Below are positions 1 through 12,945 of a stretch of 64,000 bases of DNA, piece by piece (position 1 is the first letter of the stretch; each line of letters opens with the position of its first letter). The notes beneath the pieces are model-generated. The model saw nothing but the letters and a program-made list of their open reading frames with translations. It had not been told where the DNA came from and searched no databases. The stretch lies in contig CM007989.1 in the NCBI GenBank assembly GCA_002189035.1, positions 5,518,001-5,582,000 on the forward strand, read 5' to 3'. The position numbers were made by a program, and so were the translations under genes. This DNA is from Utricularia gibba (lineage: Eukaryota > Plantae > Magnoliophyta).

Positions 1-379
1 AGTTTCCATTTCTCATATTCATCTTCTTCTCTGCGGTGTCCTTTTTCTCAGACAATTTGAAGGTTCCAGACCTTTTGTCTTGTTGAGATGAGATGAAACT
101 GATTGGATGGAGTTATGGTTGAATTGGAAAACTGCATTCCTTCTCCTTATGTTTGTATGCCCAAAAGAGTGAGGCTTTTTCGAGCCCCTTTGCTCTAGAA
201 GCTGAGACTTAGGATTTGAGAAATAACTGTGCACAATCTAATCTATGACCAAGCCAAGACTGAAAGGAAAGATTTGCTCCCATTGATATTGAAATTTCCT
301 CTGATGGTTACTTGGAGTTGAGTTTGTTACCTTGCTCCCATGTTATATGCAAAAAAACAGTGTGTTTGGGGGAGGGGGG

Positions 380-586
380 CTAGACATAGACGTGTATGTC
401 AAGAACGATGAGGAAGAGGATGAGAAGCAAACCGAAGATGATGGTGTGGAGGATCATGGCGGCAATGCTCGTCTTCATGTTGAGAAAATCCACCGGCTTA
501 TCCTTTGCCGGAATCTGGAGAACGAATCCAGGGCAGAGGAACAGGAAAAGCGCAGTCGCGATCATCAAGCTCGCGTAGTCGTTCAT
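380..586 (-). CDS. DUF3339-family small membrane protein (68 aa, single exon)
   Basis: ATG at 586. MNDYASLMIATALFLFLCPGFVLQIPAKDKPVDFLNMKTSIAAMILHTIIFGLLLILFLIVLDIHVYV has the DUF3339 pattern (LF.FL.PG..LQ.P...V.F.NM.TS...HT..F). Confidence 0.85.
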   Translation of the reverse strand: MNDYASLMIATALFLFLCPGFVLQIPAKDKPVDFLNMKTSIAAMILHTIIFGLLLILFLIVLDIHVYV

Positions 587-961
587 CCTCCAACCGCGTG
601 CCCTCTTCCTCCTCCCAGCACCACATCAAAATGAGGGAGGCATATAAGCAACAAAGCCTCATCGCCAGAATGGAATCTCATTCCAAAGCAGATGGAATAA
701 GAATATGTTGCTGCTTTTGGGTTGCTTTTGCAGATGCCCGAAAAGGGATGAAGAATGACCACTTAACCATCAACTCGGTGCTTGTGAAAACAGAGAGGCG
801 TGTAAGTTCGTCAAGTGATACAATGAGTTGGTAAAGGGCTCGAAATGTGGGTTGGGTACAAGTGACTATAAAACTAGCAGTTGAACTCATCCAGTGACCA
901 CTTTTTGGGGTTGGGAATCTCCATCTCCATCTGCTCTCCTGGTTTTGGAAAGAAGGAAGGA

Positions 962-1171
962 ATGGCGGATTGGGGGCCGGTGGTGGTCGGGGTGGTTCTC
1001 TTCATCCTCCTCCAACCAGGTCTCGTATTCCAAGTCCCCGGAAACAACCGCGCCATCGTGTTCGGGAGCATCAAAACCAACGGCAAAGCCGTCGCGTTGC
1101 ACACCCTCTTCTTCTTCATTTTATACGCTCTTCTGATCCTGGCAGCCCGTGTTCACATCCACACTGGCTGA
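962..1171 (+). CDS. DUF3339-family small membrane protein (69 aa, single exon)
   Basis: ATG at 962 inside the longer 881..1171 ORF. MADWGPVVVGVVLFILLQPGLVFQVPGNNRAIVFGSIKTNGKAVALHTLFFFILYALLILAARVHIHTG has the typical MADWGPV start and HI.TG end. Confidence 0.9.
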   Translation: MADWGPVVVGVVLFILLQPGLVFQVPGNNRAIVFGSIKTNGKAVALHTLFFFILYALLILAARVHIHTG

Positions 1172-1218
1172 CCATCTTCTATGTATTCTAACCTTCCCTT
1201 CTCCTGTAGTGGTGTCTT

Positions 1219-1220
<2 letters not shown>

Positions 1221-1250
<30 letters not shown>
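1221..1250. repeat. (TC)15 microsatellite
   Basis: Perfect dinucleotide run read directly, just 3' of the plus-strand DUF3339 gene. Confidence 0.95.
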
Positions 1251-1253
<3 letters not shown>

Positions 1254-3195
1254 ATGCCGAGACTGGATGTTGCAGGCATTAGACCAAAAAAACAAATGGA
1301 TGTTATTCAAGACAATCTAACGCCACACCAACTGTGTATACAGCAACACACCTCCTTTTCCAACTGCGTCCCATTTGCTTCAAAACAAATAAAAAAGCCC
1401 AACTGGGAGGAGGCCAAAGTAGATGTTCATCAGCATGCTTGCTTTTTATTCACCAAATTGCTTTGCAAGTGGTTGGCATCTAGATGAATGATTTAGTCCA
1501 TCTTAGAATTTAGTAATGATTTTTCTAGTGAGAAGTAACAAAGCGCAATTTTTTAGCTAAAATGAATGGACACAGACTTAGGGGGCAGGTTGCTGCAAGG
1601 ATGAAGCATCAACATCCAAAATAGAAGATGGAAGATAGAATTTCAAAGAATAGAAATGGGCCTACAACTCAAAAGATGAAAAAAAAGAAGATATATAGTA
1701 CACACAAAAACAAGCTAGAGGAGGAAGAATAAAAATTTGAAAATATTTTTGCAATTCTCCCAAGAAAAAGCAAAAAAGAAGGGGATCTATACAAGAAGGG
1801 CATGCGGGGTTAAAAAAAAAAGACAAGATCATCACACAAAGTAGAAGATGAAGAGGAAGCAACTCCATTCCAATTGATGATTGAGGGAGACATTTCAGTA
1901 ACTATTCCTATTTAGGAACAATGTTGCAGCATCTGAAATTGAGTAGTTTATATTTTCAAGATTTGAGCATTTTTTATCCTCTCATTGTTTCATTTTCGAA
2001 TCTATGCCTATTAAGATGTTTTTACCATCATTTTATGAAGTTAACTTAGTTTGAACATGAGTAGCTAAGATGTGTGATGCATTAGGAGAAAGAGGGGGAA
2101 TGCTCATTTAGTTTACTTTTGAATCAATAATGTATTTTTTATTAACAACTATGATGGAGTCAAAAATTAATAGATGCCATGTGGAAAAGCTCATAGGAAG
2201 GTCACATAAATCGGTTGGAGAGTAGAGTATCAAATTGGCTCTTACAACACAAAATTGGCTAAGATGTAGTAAATGGAATTTGACAACCCATAGCAACTGA
2301 CTTGTAGGAATCCAAAACAGGTGGTGGGTATATATCAGTGGGATCATGTGTATGATTGACATAACTACCAAACATAGAAAGTAATAGACATCTTTAGAAA
2401 TCAATCGATCGTGCCTCTTCTATAAATAGGAGAATTTTTTAAAATAAAGTCATTTCGTGTCATTCACAAATCCTTGTAAACCACCTTCTCCACATTTTAG
2501 TGAAGTCCTTTTCTTCGGTGACCTCCTTCCAACTCTATGGTTTTCTGTCCTAACATTTTCTACTTAAAAAATCGCCAACCCTTCTTTGTTGCTTTACACT
2601 TGACTATAAATCAGACTGTAACACCATTGAATCGAGCACCTATTATCGGCTTCACACCCAAAAATCAGACTCTTTGACCTATCCAATTTTCGACCATAAT
2701 ATTTTGGCACCAGCCGTGGGGCAAGATCTATTGTCCCATATGAGAATTCACAAAAGCTACCTACTAACTCCTCGACATGGCGAATATGAATACGATTGTC
2801 AACATCGACAATGAAGGAAGCATGCATGCTCAAGACCCTGGACTAATGGCGATAAACCGGGAACAATTGAAGGCCCTAATGACAAATTTTTTCAGACATC
2901 AAATTATCATCTGGGCTGAACTCAAATGCACAAGAGGCATCCCCAAAAAACAAAGCAAAGAGGTGGCACAGAACCAATAGAACTGGAATACCTACCAGAA
3001 ACTGAAGATTAGTTGCTGAGAAGAAAAAAGACGTGAAAAGATCATTTATGAATGGGGTATGGATAGAAAAGAAAGAGCAAGAGAAATCTTAGATAGAAGA
3101 GAAAAGAAGCCGAGGAATGAGTTGGAAGAGGTTCTGGCAAAGAAAAAAGAGATCGGTTTGCATATAGAGCGATTAGTAAAGGAAGGTTGGGATTC

Positions 3196-3365
3196 CGATA
3201 ACACCGTTTTTATTGTATTATTGTATTTTTTAGGAGTATTTTATATAGTAATATGTTTTTTCGTTATGCTTAATTGTTTTCTTCTAGGCATTTAGTTTGT
3301 AGAAATATGTTTGTCACGAAAATAGGCTCAATTGATAACAATTGAGTTGAAAATTCTAATATTAC
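3196..3365 (+). mobile_element. 5' fragment of an Athila-type LTR inserted in the Tat remnant
   Basis: cgataacaccgtttttatt...gaaaataggctcaattgataacaattgag matches the start of the LTR at 59432 (tgataacaccatttttatt...gaaaataggctcaattggcaacaattgag). Confidence 0.65.
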
Positions 3366-5280
3366 TTCCTAATCTATGTCTAAGTCTTAATAGGGTAAGG
3401 GTTAGTATTGGCAGCAATTGAAAAAACTAAAAAAAATTTTACTTTCAAAATTTCAAAGAACCTCGAGCACAATATCACAACTAAGAAGCCTATTTTTCAA
3501 TTCTAAAAACTAAAATCATAAATGGGTGTGAGGTGAATGTTGTGGGAGGGAAGTGAATTAATGGAAAGAGAATAAATGAATATATTTAGGGTTTCAAGGG
3601 ATAAATTGGTAAACTTACAATGAGAAGTAGAAATAAAATGTAATAAATAGCTCAAAGCTACTTCTCATATTCAATGTATTTTGTAAGAAGTATAATCATG
3701 TTTTGATCTGATTTATTTTTAATTCCACTTTTTTTGAGAAGTAGAAGAAAAAAAAAGTAGGTTAGAATATGCCCTAAACTTAAAACTAAAGACGAAGGAC
3801 TCAAACAGAAATAGGTTCATAGGCTTGAATAATGTCTACAGAGAGTTTGTTGTTCACACTAGCATCATAAACTCAAGCGAAGCATGGAAAATACAAAAAG
3901 TACAAAAAGCATTCATGGCTCTAAATAGCAAAGTAGAAATCGAAAATAAAGTGTCAATTAGTTGCAAATAGTTGTAGATCTATTGAAATTGAAAGTTTTG
4001 GGTGGAAATCTAGTTTGGAAATGTAGATCTGAAGGCTGGCCAGAGCTATTTGCCGGAGAACAGGTGTTTTCCTTGCTTCACACTCCTCGCTGTTCATTGT
4101 TCTCTCTCGTCCTTCCTCTTTTCTTTTCCTACTCAAAAGAAGCGTATTTCCATTTTTTCCATAGGTTTGAGAAGGAATATCTTTGCTCCAAATCTTATTT
4201 TTTTAAAGTAAGTTTACTTTTAGCTAAAAACCACTTTTCTACAGCTTTTCTATCCCCTATTGACTTATCAACACGTTAATCTTAATAAGGGTCTGGATTG
4301 GGATCCCTACTTTTGTTCTCGTACTTCTTATTTTTCTTAATTAGCTTTCATATTTATTTTGGAAAAGTACATATCTTGCTATTCTTAGAACCGAAGTTAA
4401 GCTTAGATTGGAAAGTTTAGTTGTATCAAATATGCTGCACAACTTTATAGAAGACTGTTTTTTCACATATATATGTAATAAATATATAAATAATATAAGC
4501 GACTTCTTGTGATTTCCTTTCAAAAAAAAATTCTGGATTGTGATTCTATAGAGCAACTCTATGAACTAGAACAACTTTTGAATGGAATAGTCATGATAAA
4601 AGAGATGACTCCAAGGATGAAGGACTACCAAGTTTTTTTTAGGGAATGATTGTCCACAAGGATTTTTGCCACACATTTGAATAAGATTGGTGCAAAAGTA
4701 CGTCAAGTTGATTAAAGCCCAACGATCAATATTCTAAAGCCCTAGTATTTGTTGCTGGTATTGTAGAAAAATAGCAAGTAATGTGACTTTTCTAACTTAT
4801 TTTGGGGTTAATGTTGTTGTAACTGCTCCTGCATTAATTTATTTTTTGTTACTCTATTAATATGGATATGTCTTCAATTGATTCTAACACATATCCTTGA
4901 TTTTTTCCTTTGTTTTGGCTTTTAGTGATGGGAAAAAAATACTGGAGGTAATGAAACTAACCAAAACAGTGGTGCAAAATGTGGCATGATTCCTAGACGA
5001 GTTTTTTTTGTTTCTTGAGATTTTGCTAGCTGAGGTTCGAACTTACTACTGAATCTAGAGACAATAAGTGCACCCAAAACAAATTCGGCTGTGTTTTAAA
5101 AACACATGAATCAGTCTAGAAAAGGGCCTACTCGGATTGGAAAAGTGACCCAACCTATGAGAGGTATCAGTTTACATCTCTAGCAGTAGTTCAGCACACG
5201 TAAGGAAAATTTTAGGTAAAAAAGCTCAATCGAGAGTTGACAAAGGAAAACAAACAACAACATATATACAAAAACATAGT

Positions 5281-5400
5281 CCCTGATTAGGATCACAAAA
5301 AACATGAGTTTTCAAATCAGGGTAAGTTATCCAGCACATCCCTAACTAGGATCATGATAAACATGTCCTCAAATCGGGGCAAAAATGTTTTTAACACAAC
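5281..5400. repeat. Two imperfect ~60-bp tandem units inside the Tat remnant
   Basis: ccctgattaggatcacaaaaaacatg..tcaaatcaggg versus ccctaactaggatcatgataaacatg..tcaaatcgggg. Confidence 0.6.
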
Positions 5401-5404
5401 CGGT

Positions 5405-7520
5405 TTAAAAGAAAAATAAATGTTCAAGGTGGGGGGGATCTGTGGATGTGCTGAAATGCCCCTTCAGTTTGGTGGCCAACCTTGTGGGATCCTCTTCTCT
5501 CATTCTTTCTAAGATGATAGCCTCTAAGCACGGCAAATTGACTTCGAACTCAAGTTTCGGAGCTTCAATCAAACCAAGTTGGACTTTCTGCATATTCTCA
5601 TCCTTCTCGAGTGGAGCCACTTGGTCTCAATGAGGGTAGGTAACCGAGAGGCCAAATACCTGAGCAATCTGGCAGAGCTACCGATACAAAAGTAGACAGA
5701 CCATGTCACCCACATAAAGATTCAAAAGCTTTGAGAAGCAGTCAGAGCGAACAAAGTCGTGCAACATTTCTCGATGACCTGAATCTTGGTTGTGTAATTC
5801 GTCTTCTAGCACCGAGATGCGTTCCTTCACATGAATGAGATCCGAATCAACCGCCTCAAACATATCCTTGAAGCCTTCTTTCTCAAAGTTGGCATCACGA
5901 ATCACTTTTCCCATTTAGGCCACCATGGCCTCTAACTCCGCTTCACAATGGGATTGCTTACCTAGTATTGCCTTTAGAAAACTCTCCTCATCCCATAGAT
6001 GTTCGATCTTTGAGTCGTTTGTCGTTATCATAGCTCGGAGCTCCGAAAGCTTCACATTAAGAGACTCAAGCTTTTGAGCCAATCGCTATCCGAGAGATAT
6101 TCCCTAGAAGAGAAATGATAAATCGGTTGTGAAAAACTCAAAGATTCCTCAAAATCAGAAAATGTGAGGAAGATCAAACATACCAAATGCCTCTCAGTAC
6201 TGATTCTTTCAGAAACATAGGAGAACATGAAATACTCTCATCTAAAGCCGCATGCAACTCGGCAATAGCCTCATCAAAATTGAGAGGCACCTCTGGAGTT
6301 AGGAGCAAGTTGATTTCAGGAGAAAGCGGTAGTTTCTCGGCATTTACTTGGTATTCAAAGTTAGATCCTGAATTGTAGAAGTTTCGGCACCCTAGTCTCC
6401 TTTCGGGAGATATGCAGCGTCGTCAGACTCAACACCGAGAGAATCGATCTGGAAGGAAAAGCAAAGTCAAACCCTGGATGTGATAAGAGAACTCACCTTG
6501 TTGTGCATTCCCACCTCCCGAGCTTCATGCATCTCAATAGCAAAATAGGCTTCAGTCGTGACCTAGAAAAATTGTTTCTTCACCATTTTGTCAGTTATGA
6601 ATCAAAACAAAGAACAGTTAAATCTGCGAAGAATCCAAATTTGATGAAAATGAACCTAACTACCTTTTTGTTTTTTGGAAGGTTTGTGGGTATACATCTT
6701 AATGCTCCTCTTTTTCTTGGGAGCTTGGAGCTGAGCAAAAGACTCGGGAACCGCACTACAAGAAGGACTAGTTTATAAAGTGGATGGGACTGAAAGGGGA
6801 TCTGAAGGAGAACGCACAAGGGAAAAAAACTCCAAATCGGCATCATGAGGTGAAATGAAATCGGGCCACTATTTACTAGGATACGACCTAGAATGCCTGA
6901 ATTCATTAAAGACTCCCTCAAAAGCACTAAGGCATGAGATTTGTAACGAACGGTGCCCTCATTGGGCCATTAATACACGTCTCTACGAGATTCGGTAGAG
7001 GGCCGACAAGAGTCAAAAAACTTTATTTTGAAGGGAATAGGAGGATTAATAAGAAGGTTCCACCTAGAACCTAATGAAGGAGCAACCCAAATAAAAGATG
7101 ACTGTTAATCATGGTGGGTATCAGGAGCTTTAACTATGAAATGAGGGTTGTTCTCAAATTTGCGGAACCAAAAATAGGTATGTCGGTTCATTGGTGGCTT
7201 CACCTTGCAGACTATGATTTTAAAAAGCTGAAAAAAATCTACAAAGTATATAACCGGATTCATACTAGCCGAATAAAACAAGAAAGAAGTAAAGCATAAG
7301 ATAGAATTAATGACGAGGTAGTATAGGGGAATTGCAAAGGTGTGGATAAAGCAGACCATTAGAGGATGAAGAGGAAATAGGCCATCGGGATCAATTGGCT
7401 AAAGGGAGGAAGAGGCTTGTCACCCACACCCCAAGGAATTTTGGCATCATTCACCTGAGTGAGAATATATTCATCAGAGACCGAATATCGAGTGTGGATG
7501 GAGGAAATATTCAATTCACT
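5405..7520 (-). pseudogene. Fragmented antisense accessory ORF of Tat/Retand elements (Transposase_28-like domain plus coiled-coil tail)
   Basis: The minus strand reads RYSVSDEYIL..., FPLHPLMVCFIHTFAIPLYYLVINS (cf. the RFPLHP...PNSW motif) and YFWFRKFENNPHFIVKAPDTHHD, then coiled-coil pieces at 5678-5914 and 5405-5620. It has many stops and frameshifts. Confidence 0.6.
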
Positions 7521-8929
7521 AGATTTGCGAAACATCTCGAAAATAGGAATCGGAAGGAAAGAAATAATTGAGAAGAAGAAGGAACCCTAAAAATAAAAGG
7601 TAAGCGGAAGAAATACCAATCCTAGAAACCTTTGGAAACCCCCAAGAGATTTTCGGAAAGTTGAAGAACTTGTTAAAAGAACAAAGGAATACCTGGAAAT
7701 TTCGTAGATTCCAGTGACTTTTCAGCAAAAGTGAACGGTAAGAATAGAAGATATGGCGAGCAATAAAAACGACGTGGTAAAAAATGAAGGAAAGTGGAGG
7801 AAGGTGAAATGGCATGGGAGTTAAAACATAAAAAAATTATGCGGGAAAACATGGCAGCCCTTAGGAATGTGTGGCAAAAATGACCAAAAGGATCGCTATA
7901 GTAAATCAGTGCAAAGCAAATTGGAATTCTGAGAATTTAGATCTACAGATCTGCCTTGAATGTTAGTATCGGCAAATCAAATGGTCCGAATGATGGAGTT
8001 GGAAATCAGTAGATTACACAGATCACAAGTAGGCCACATAAATTGACCGTAGAGTAGAGTATCAAATCAGTTCAGACATAGGAAACGGAGTCTAAAAACC
8101 CATAATAAAAGCACATGCCTGCGGGAACCAGAATGGGACATTGTCACCCATCTCAAAAAAATCTAAAAAGCAACCTACTTGCAAGAATGCAGAGCAGACA
8201 GTGGGTATATGTCAACAGAACCACATGTTCGGTTGACATAACCCTTAAGTGCAAAAAGTAGCTAACATGCTCAAAAATCGGTTAGACGAGCCTCTCCTAT
8301 AAATAACATAACGTTTGAAGATAAATGCATTTTGCGTCATTCGCAAATCCTTGTAAACTACCTTCTCCACATTTTAGTAAAGTCTTTTTCTTCGGTGAGC
8401 TTCCTACTGCTCCATGATTTTCCATCATAATGCTTTCTACGTAAAAAATCCCTGTTCCTTCTTTGTTGCTTTACAGGTGACTATAAATCGGACTCAACAC
8501 CATTAAATTGAGCACCCATTATCAGCTTCACACTCGAAAATTGGACTCCTACGCTGATCTGATTTTCGACCACAACAAACTATGACAGATCAAGAAGAAG
8601 AAAAGAATAATACACACAAGTTAGAAAACCCAATATAGAGGTGGACTAAAAGGTTGGAATGTTGTTAAGACAGTAGGATTTGTTATGTGGAAACTAATAG
8701 AAACAAGTAGGTCTAATTTTAATTACCTTAAAAAATTGTAAATCTAAGTAACTTATGAAAACTTAAAACTAAAAAATCAAAGAGATGGTCCAAATAGACT
8801 TGCACTGCCTCGAGCTAATTAATGCATTAGAGTTTTAGGACCAATATTAAAGAACACACTTCTCTATAACCTCCTAGGCAACACATTTCGTATTTGGTAA
8901 ATTTAGAGTCAAGAATTTCTTGTGTTATT

Positions 8930-10145
8930 TGATAAACGGAAATTTTAGCATGTCGTTGCATTAAAACCAAATTTCCGTATCAAATAAATTTATAGCCCTA
9001 ATCCTCACAAGACATAAATTAAACATAAGATGTACAGTGGAATTCGGGGTCGATCACAAGGAACTTGTGCTTGTCATATATTTCAGCATATGCAGAATTC
9101 AAAGTAACGGTAAGTCTTAGTCTAAGCTCGGACCAACAGTGATAAACAAGTTCGATAAATAAGATCAATAAACAATATCAGGTCTCAACATTAAAGGTAA
9201 CATGTACTAAGGTACCTTAAGGGTCTTCAGGTGGTATAGGGCCAAAATCTCTAATTTAATCTACCATGTTTCTACACTCACAACTTCAAATAACCCAAGT
9301 CTATCCAGGTCATTCATCATATTTTCGGCTAAGCTAGTCCCTCATATCATTACCAACATTGCAATTAGGTCTACTCGCATGCAAAGCATATAGAACTAGG
9401 TCTATCCGGTTCTACTGGTTCTACTGGTTCTACCCCGGATTAACACTTACTGCTCCCGTCTTCATTTGTTGGTCTATCTCTAAATCAAGTATCTAAGTTG
9501 TTAAGCTACTTGTTCCCCTCCTTAGATCTACCCATGGTTTGATAGAAACAACAGCTAAGAAACAATGGTTAATTTTATTAAGACTTCTAAACCCACGCCA
9601 CCATGCTTCACCTTAAGGCACTCCTAGGGTTTAGCTATTTATGCTTTGAAGGTAAAATGCAATGACATTAACATAAAACAACGAAAACATCAAGAAAATT
9701 GTGCAGAAGTTGGATGCAAAAGCTAAAAACATCAACAAGCTAAGATAAAGCAGTAAGGTTTCTGGATTTCGTCTGCCACTGTTCACATGCCAGAACAGTG
9801 GCACTGAACTGGGTCTTGATCTTTTTCCTTCACGCTGGAGGTTCTTCTCCAAAAAAATCGCCTTCTTCCTTCTTCTCCTTCAGTATTCTTCTGTGTTCGT
9901 GTTGGGGGAGAAACCCCTCGTGTGTGTTCTGAAAATTCTGGGGTGTGTCCCCTTTTTGCGAGTCTCTTTCCTCATCATCTCTCTCTTGCCTCCCACTATC
10001 CAAGGCAAGTACATTCTCTAACAACTTTGCTGCTCCTGGCCCTGACTTGCAGACTGCTGCCGTGACAGTGTACTCATTGTGTGTTAAACATAATTAAAAT
10101 CTATGATTTTTCATATCCTAAAACATGAAAATTTGTGTGTTATCA
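8930..10145 (-). repeat. 3' LTR of the Athila element
   Basis: Starts tgataaac and ends gtgttatca on the plus strand; colinear with 18563-19679 apart from a middle segment. Confidence 0.9.
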
Positions 10146-11075
10146 CACTATGCTACAACGACATTAGACTTGTCCCCAAGTCTTACCTAAGACTAACAGA
10201 AAACTGGTTCTTTCAACATCAATGATGAACATAGAACTAAGAATAAATTTCGGTGCATGAGTTACAGAAGTGCAAGTATGCATGTCATTTCATCACTCGA
10301 ATGTGCATCATTAGGTTCCTCTTGAGGAGTGTTTTCGAAGATCATATCTTATTGAACTGATCCCCAAAAGTCACTTAAGACCACGGTTGCCAACCCCCCT
10401 TTTTTTTCTTTTTCTTCTCTCTTTTTTTTTCTCTTCTTTTTTTTAGCAGTGAAGGGGCAGCTTGTTCCAGACTAATTTGGGCATAATGTGATTGCCTTTT
10501 CTTTTTTCTGAGTGTTGGGCAAGCACTCACACCTTATAACACAAGGCTCCTCTGTACTCCTCCGGATTAGTCTTTCCCTGCTCGCCCTTTCACTACTTAT
10601 TGAGTCTGTACATGCTCTTTTAATATGTACTGCTTTTTAGAACTTGGGTCTCAATTTTTTTTTCTTTTTTTTTTTCCTTTCGACCCTTTATTCACCTCTC
10701 TCTTTTTTTGGTTGGCAACTTGTTCCACAATGACTATGAAGTTCAACAATTCATATAAAAATAATCTAGAGCACACTCCTTAGATTCCTCGGGTCATACG
10801 TATGCTCTCATGAAATAAAAAGATAAAAACATGCTCACGGGTATCAAAAAGGTCCACAAAACTCATGCAACAGAATTCATCTAGTAGCGAAAATGTTTAA
10901 CCACATAGCCATCATAAACAATTTACTGCTACTGAACGAGACCTATGGTAAACACGACTCTAAGTCTAGACTTAGACTAATAGATACCATTCCTTGACGT
11001 AAATAGAATCCTAAACATGAAAATAAAACAAAACAAACATAAAATCCTACTCTACTAAATCGTTCTAGCAGCAGA

Positions 11076-12945
11076 TTACTTGTTCAGGGAGGCGTCGGCC
11101 ACTCCCTGTTTCAACTCTGTAATCATCCGAATTAAATCAGAAATTTTGTCACTCATCACTTCTAATATTTCTGGGCAGCAGCAGTGTTTCCCTCCTTGAG
11201 CTGGGGTCGAGGTTGATGGAGCAGCAATATCTTCCTTCTTCTTCCTTGGGATAACTTTTCCTTCTAGTCCTGCCAAAGATCTAAAAACAAACCCACTTCC
11301 TTGGGTTTTGATTAGTCCAGCCACTTTCAAAGAATATGCATCCAATGGTACTGTCTTAGTCTCAACATGGAAAAATTTAAGTTCAAATAGTTTTTCAGGA
11401 CAAAGAGTATGCACCAGATGCGTAACAATATGACCAAAGGTTAGTTGCTGAATTTTAGTACGCCTATAATCCCTATTCATTTGTTCAGCAAACATTGCAC
11501 CTAAGTTCAGAGACCACTTATTCATAATGCACCACAACACAAATAATTCACGTTTGTAAAGAGCATTAAATCCAATATTTTTTTCGAAAAGAGTTGTAGT
11601 GACTAACATATGAACATAACGCATGAATGGATCAACAAACAACCCAGATTTCGTTCCCTTTGCCTTAAACTCAATGACATGCTGATCAGTTAAAATCCTT
11701 AAAATTCTTCAGCATCAAAGTTTGCTAGATAATCGAATAAAGAAGCAGCAAAATCATATGAATCTACTTGCTGTTTTGAGCAAAAACCAAGAGCAACATT
11801 CCACTCAGCCAAAGAAAACGAAAATTCAGTGCCCATCAAACGAAAGCAAACAGCAGTGGGCTCCAAAACAGTTTCTGGAATTTTGTAAGTGAAAGTCGAG
11901 GCAAATTCATATGAAAGTTCCACATATGCAGGAAGTTTAACTCAAATAAAATCATAAAGGCAGAATTCTCAAACATTGTATAAACCTTGTCCACTATGTT
12001 CAATTCGACAAGAATTGCAAAGTCAATGTGACGGCAGGGCAGTACCTTGGCACCTTTTACCTCTCCGTACCTGTCCACATGTTCTGCTGTTTCAAACTTC
12101 AGGTATTTTTCGTTTAACATATCTGCATGGTGCTTGAAGTAAGGGATTCCCTTTCCGGTCATTTGCCGTTGAAATCGCTCCCTTTCCACTGCGAATCTCC
12201 TTGCATTCATGAACATAGGAACTAATTTTGGGAGAAATTTCCTTACCTTCTCCATCCCTTTTTGCTCCTCTTCAGTTGTGCTCGTTGCAGTTTCTGCAGG
12301 TGGAGTCCCTTGCTCTTTTTGGCCTCGGACCAGTGACTGCACACCATGTTCGTCTGTTTCCTGTGCACGTCCCGTTTTGTTCTCACCTTCAACCTCCTCT
12401 TGAATTTCATTTTCGCCCTTAGGCTCTTCCGCTGCTGCATCTTCTTCATTTCTGGAAATTTCCACATTTTCCTCCACGGTGGGCAGCACGTGTTTTTCGG
12501 GTTCAGCGAATTCCTTCTCAGGCTCAGGTTCCTCCGTCGGAGCTTTCTGCTTTTTCGTTCTATGTTTCTTCCCCTTCTTCTTGGGCGAGACGTGCAGCTC
12601 TATAGGTGGTTCTTCCGCTGGAGCTTTTCTCTTCTTGTAGGTTGCCTGCATGTCCTTCAATCGTTGCTGAAGGCTGATATGCTCTGACTTGGAGGATGGG
12701 TTCTTCCGTTTTTTCCGTTTAGAGGACTCTCCCACCTTCGCTGTTTGAGGGATCATGTCTGCTCCTTGAGGAGTCTCTGTGGTGGCAGCAGCAGGCTGAA
12801 CCACGTCTTCCTGGGCCGGAGCAACAGTGGTTGTTGCTCCAGCATCCTCTGTTCCTTCCTTCACTTGCTCCTTTCTCGTCTTTTTTCCGCCAGACTTCTC
12901 CTTTGTGGCCTTCTTTGTGCTACGGGTCGCCGGCATCATGTTTCT
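11076..12945 (-). pseudogene. Athila accessory (env-like / ORF2) gene, frameshifted
   Basis: A K/E-rich low-complexity N-terminus (MMPATRSTKK...) is followed by LKFETAEHVDRY...CRHID, then YEFASTF...VCFRLMGTEFSFSLAEWNVALG and MRYVHMLVTTTLF...RELFVLWCIM in successive frames, typical of the Athila ORF domain. There is a frameshift near 11930 and a stop at 11699. Confidence 0.75.

Larger units (their letters stand above)
2130..8577 (+). mobile_element. Degenerate Tat/Retand-like Ty3/gypsy remnant(s): LTR about 2130-2701, PBS, gag start, antisense ORF region, LTR 7961-8577
   Basis: 2150-2701 and 7990-8577 are diverged homologues (TATAAA box, ccttgtaaac.accttctccacattttagt, ends cgaccataata / cgaccacaaca). 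TGGCACCAGCCGTGGGG at 2705 is a Tat-type PBS. The second LTR is TGTT...AACA. No RT or integrase is seen, and no clear TSD or PPT, so the two LTRs may come from different insertions. Confidence 0.65.

Noticed and set aside
93-122. ATG AAA CTG ATT GGA TGG (MKLIGW), resembling a LAZY-family N-terminus
   Set aside because: It stops after 9 codons, lacks the following MHRK motif and has no supporting exon; probably chance. Bases 1-330 remain unassigned.
332-1191. Several overlapping ORFs (332..634, 505..834, 874..1119, 970..1191 and others)
   Set aside because: They are antisense or off-frame shadows of the two DUF3339 genes, with no recognisable motifs.
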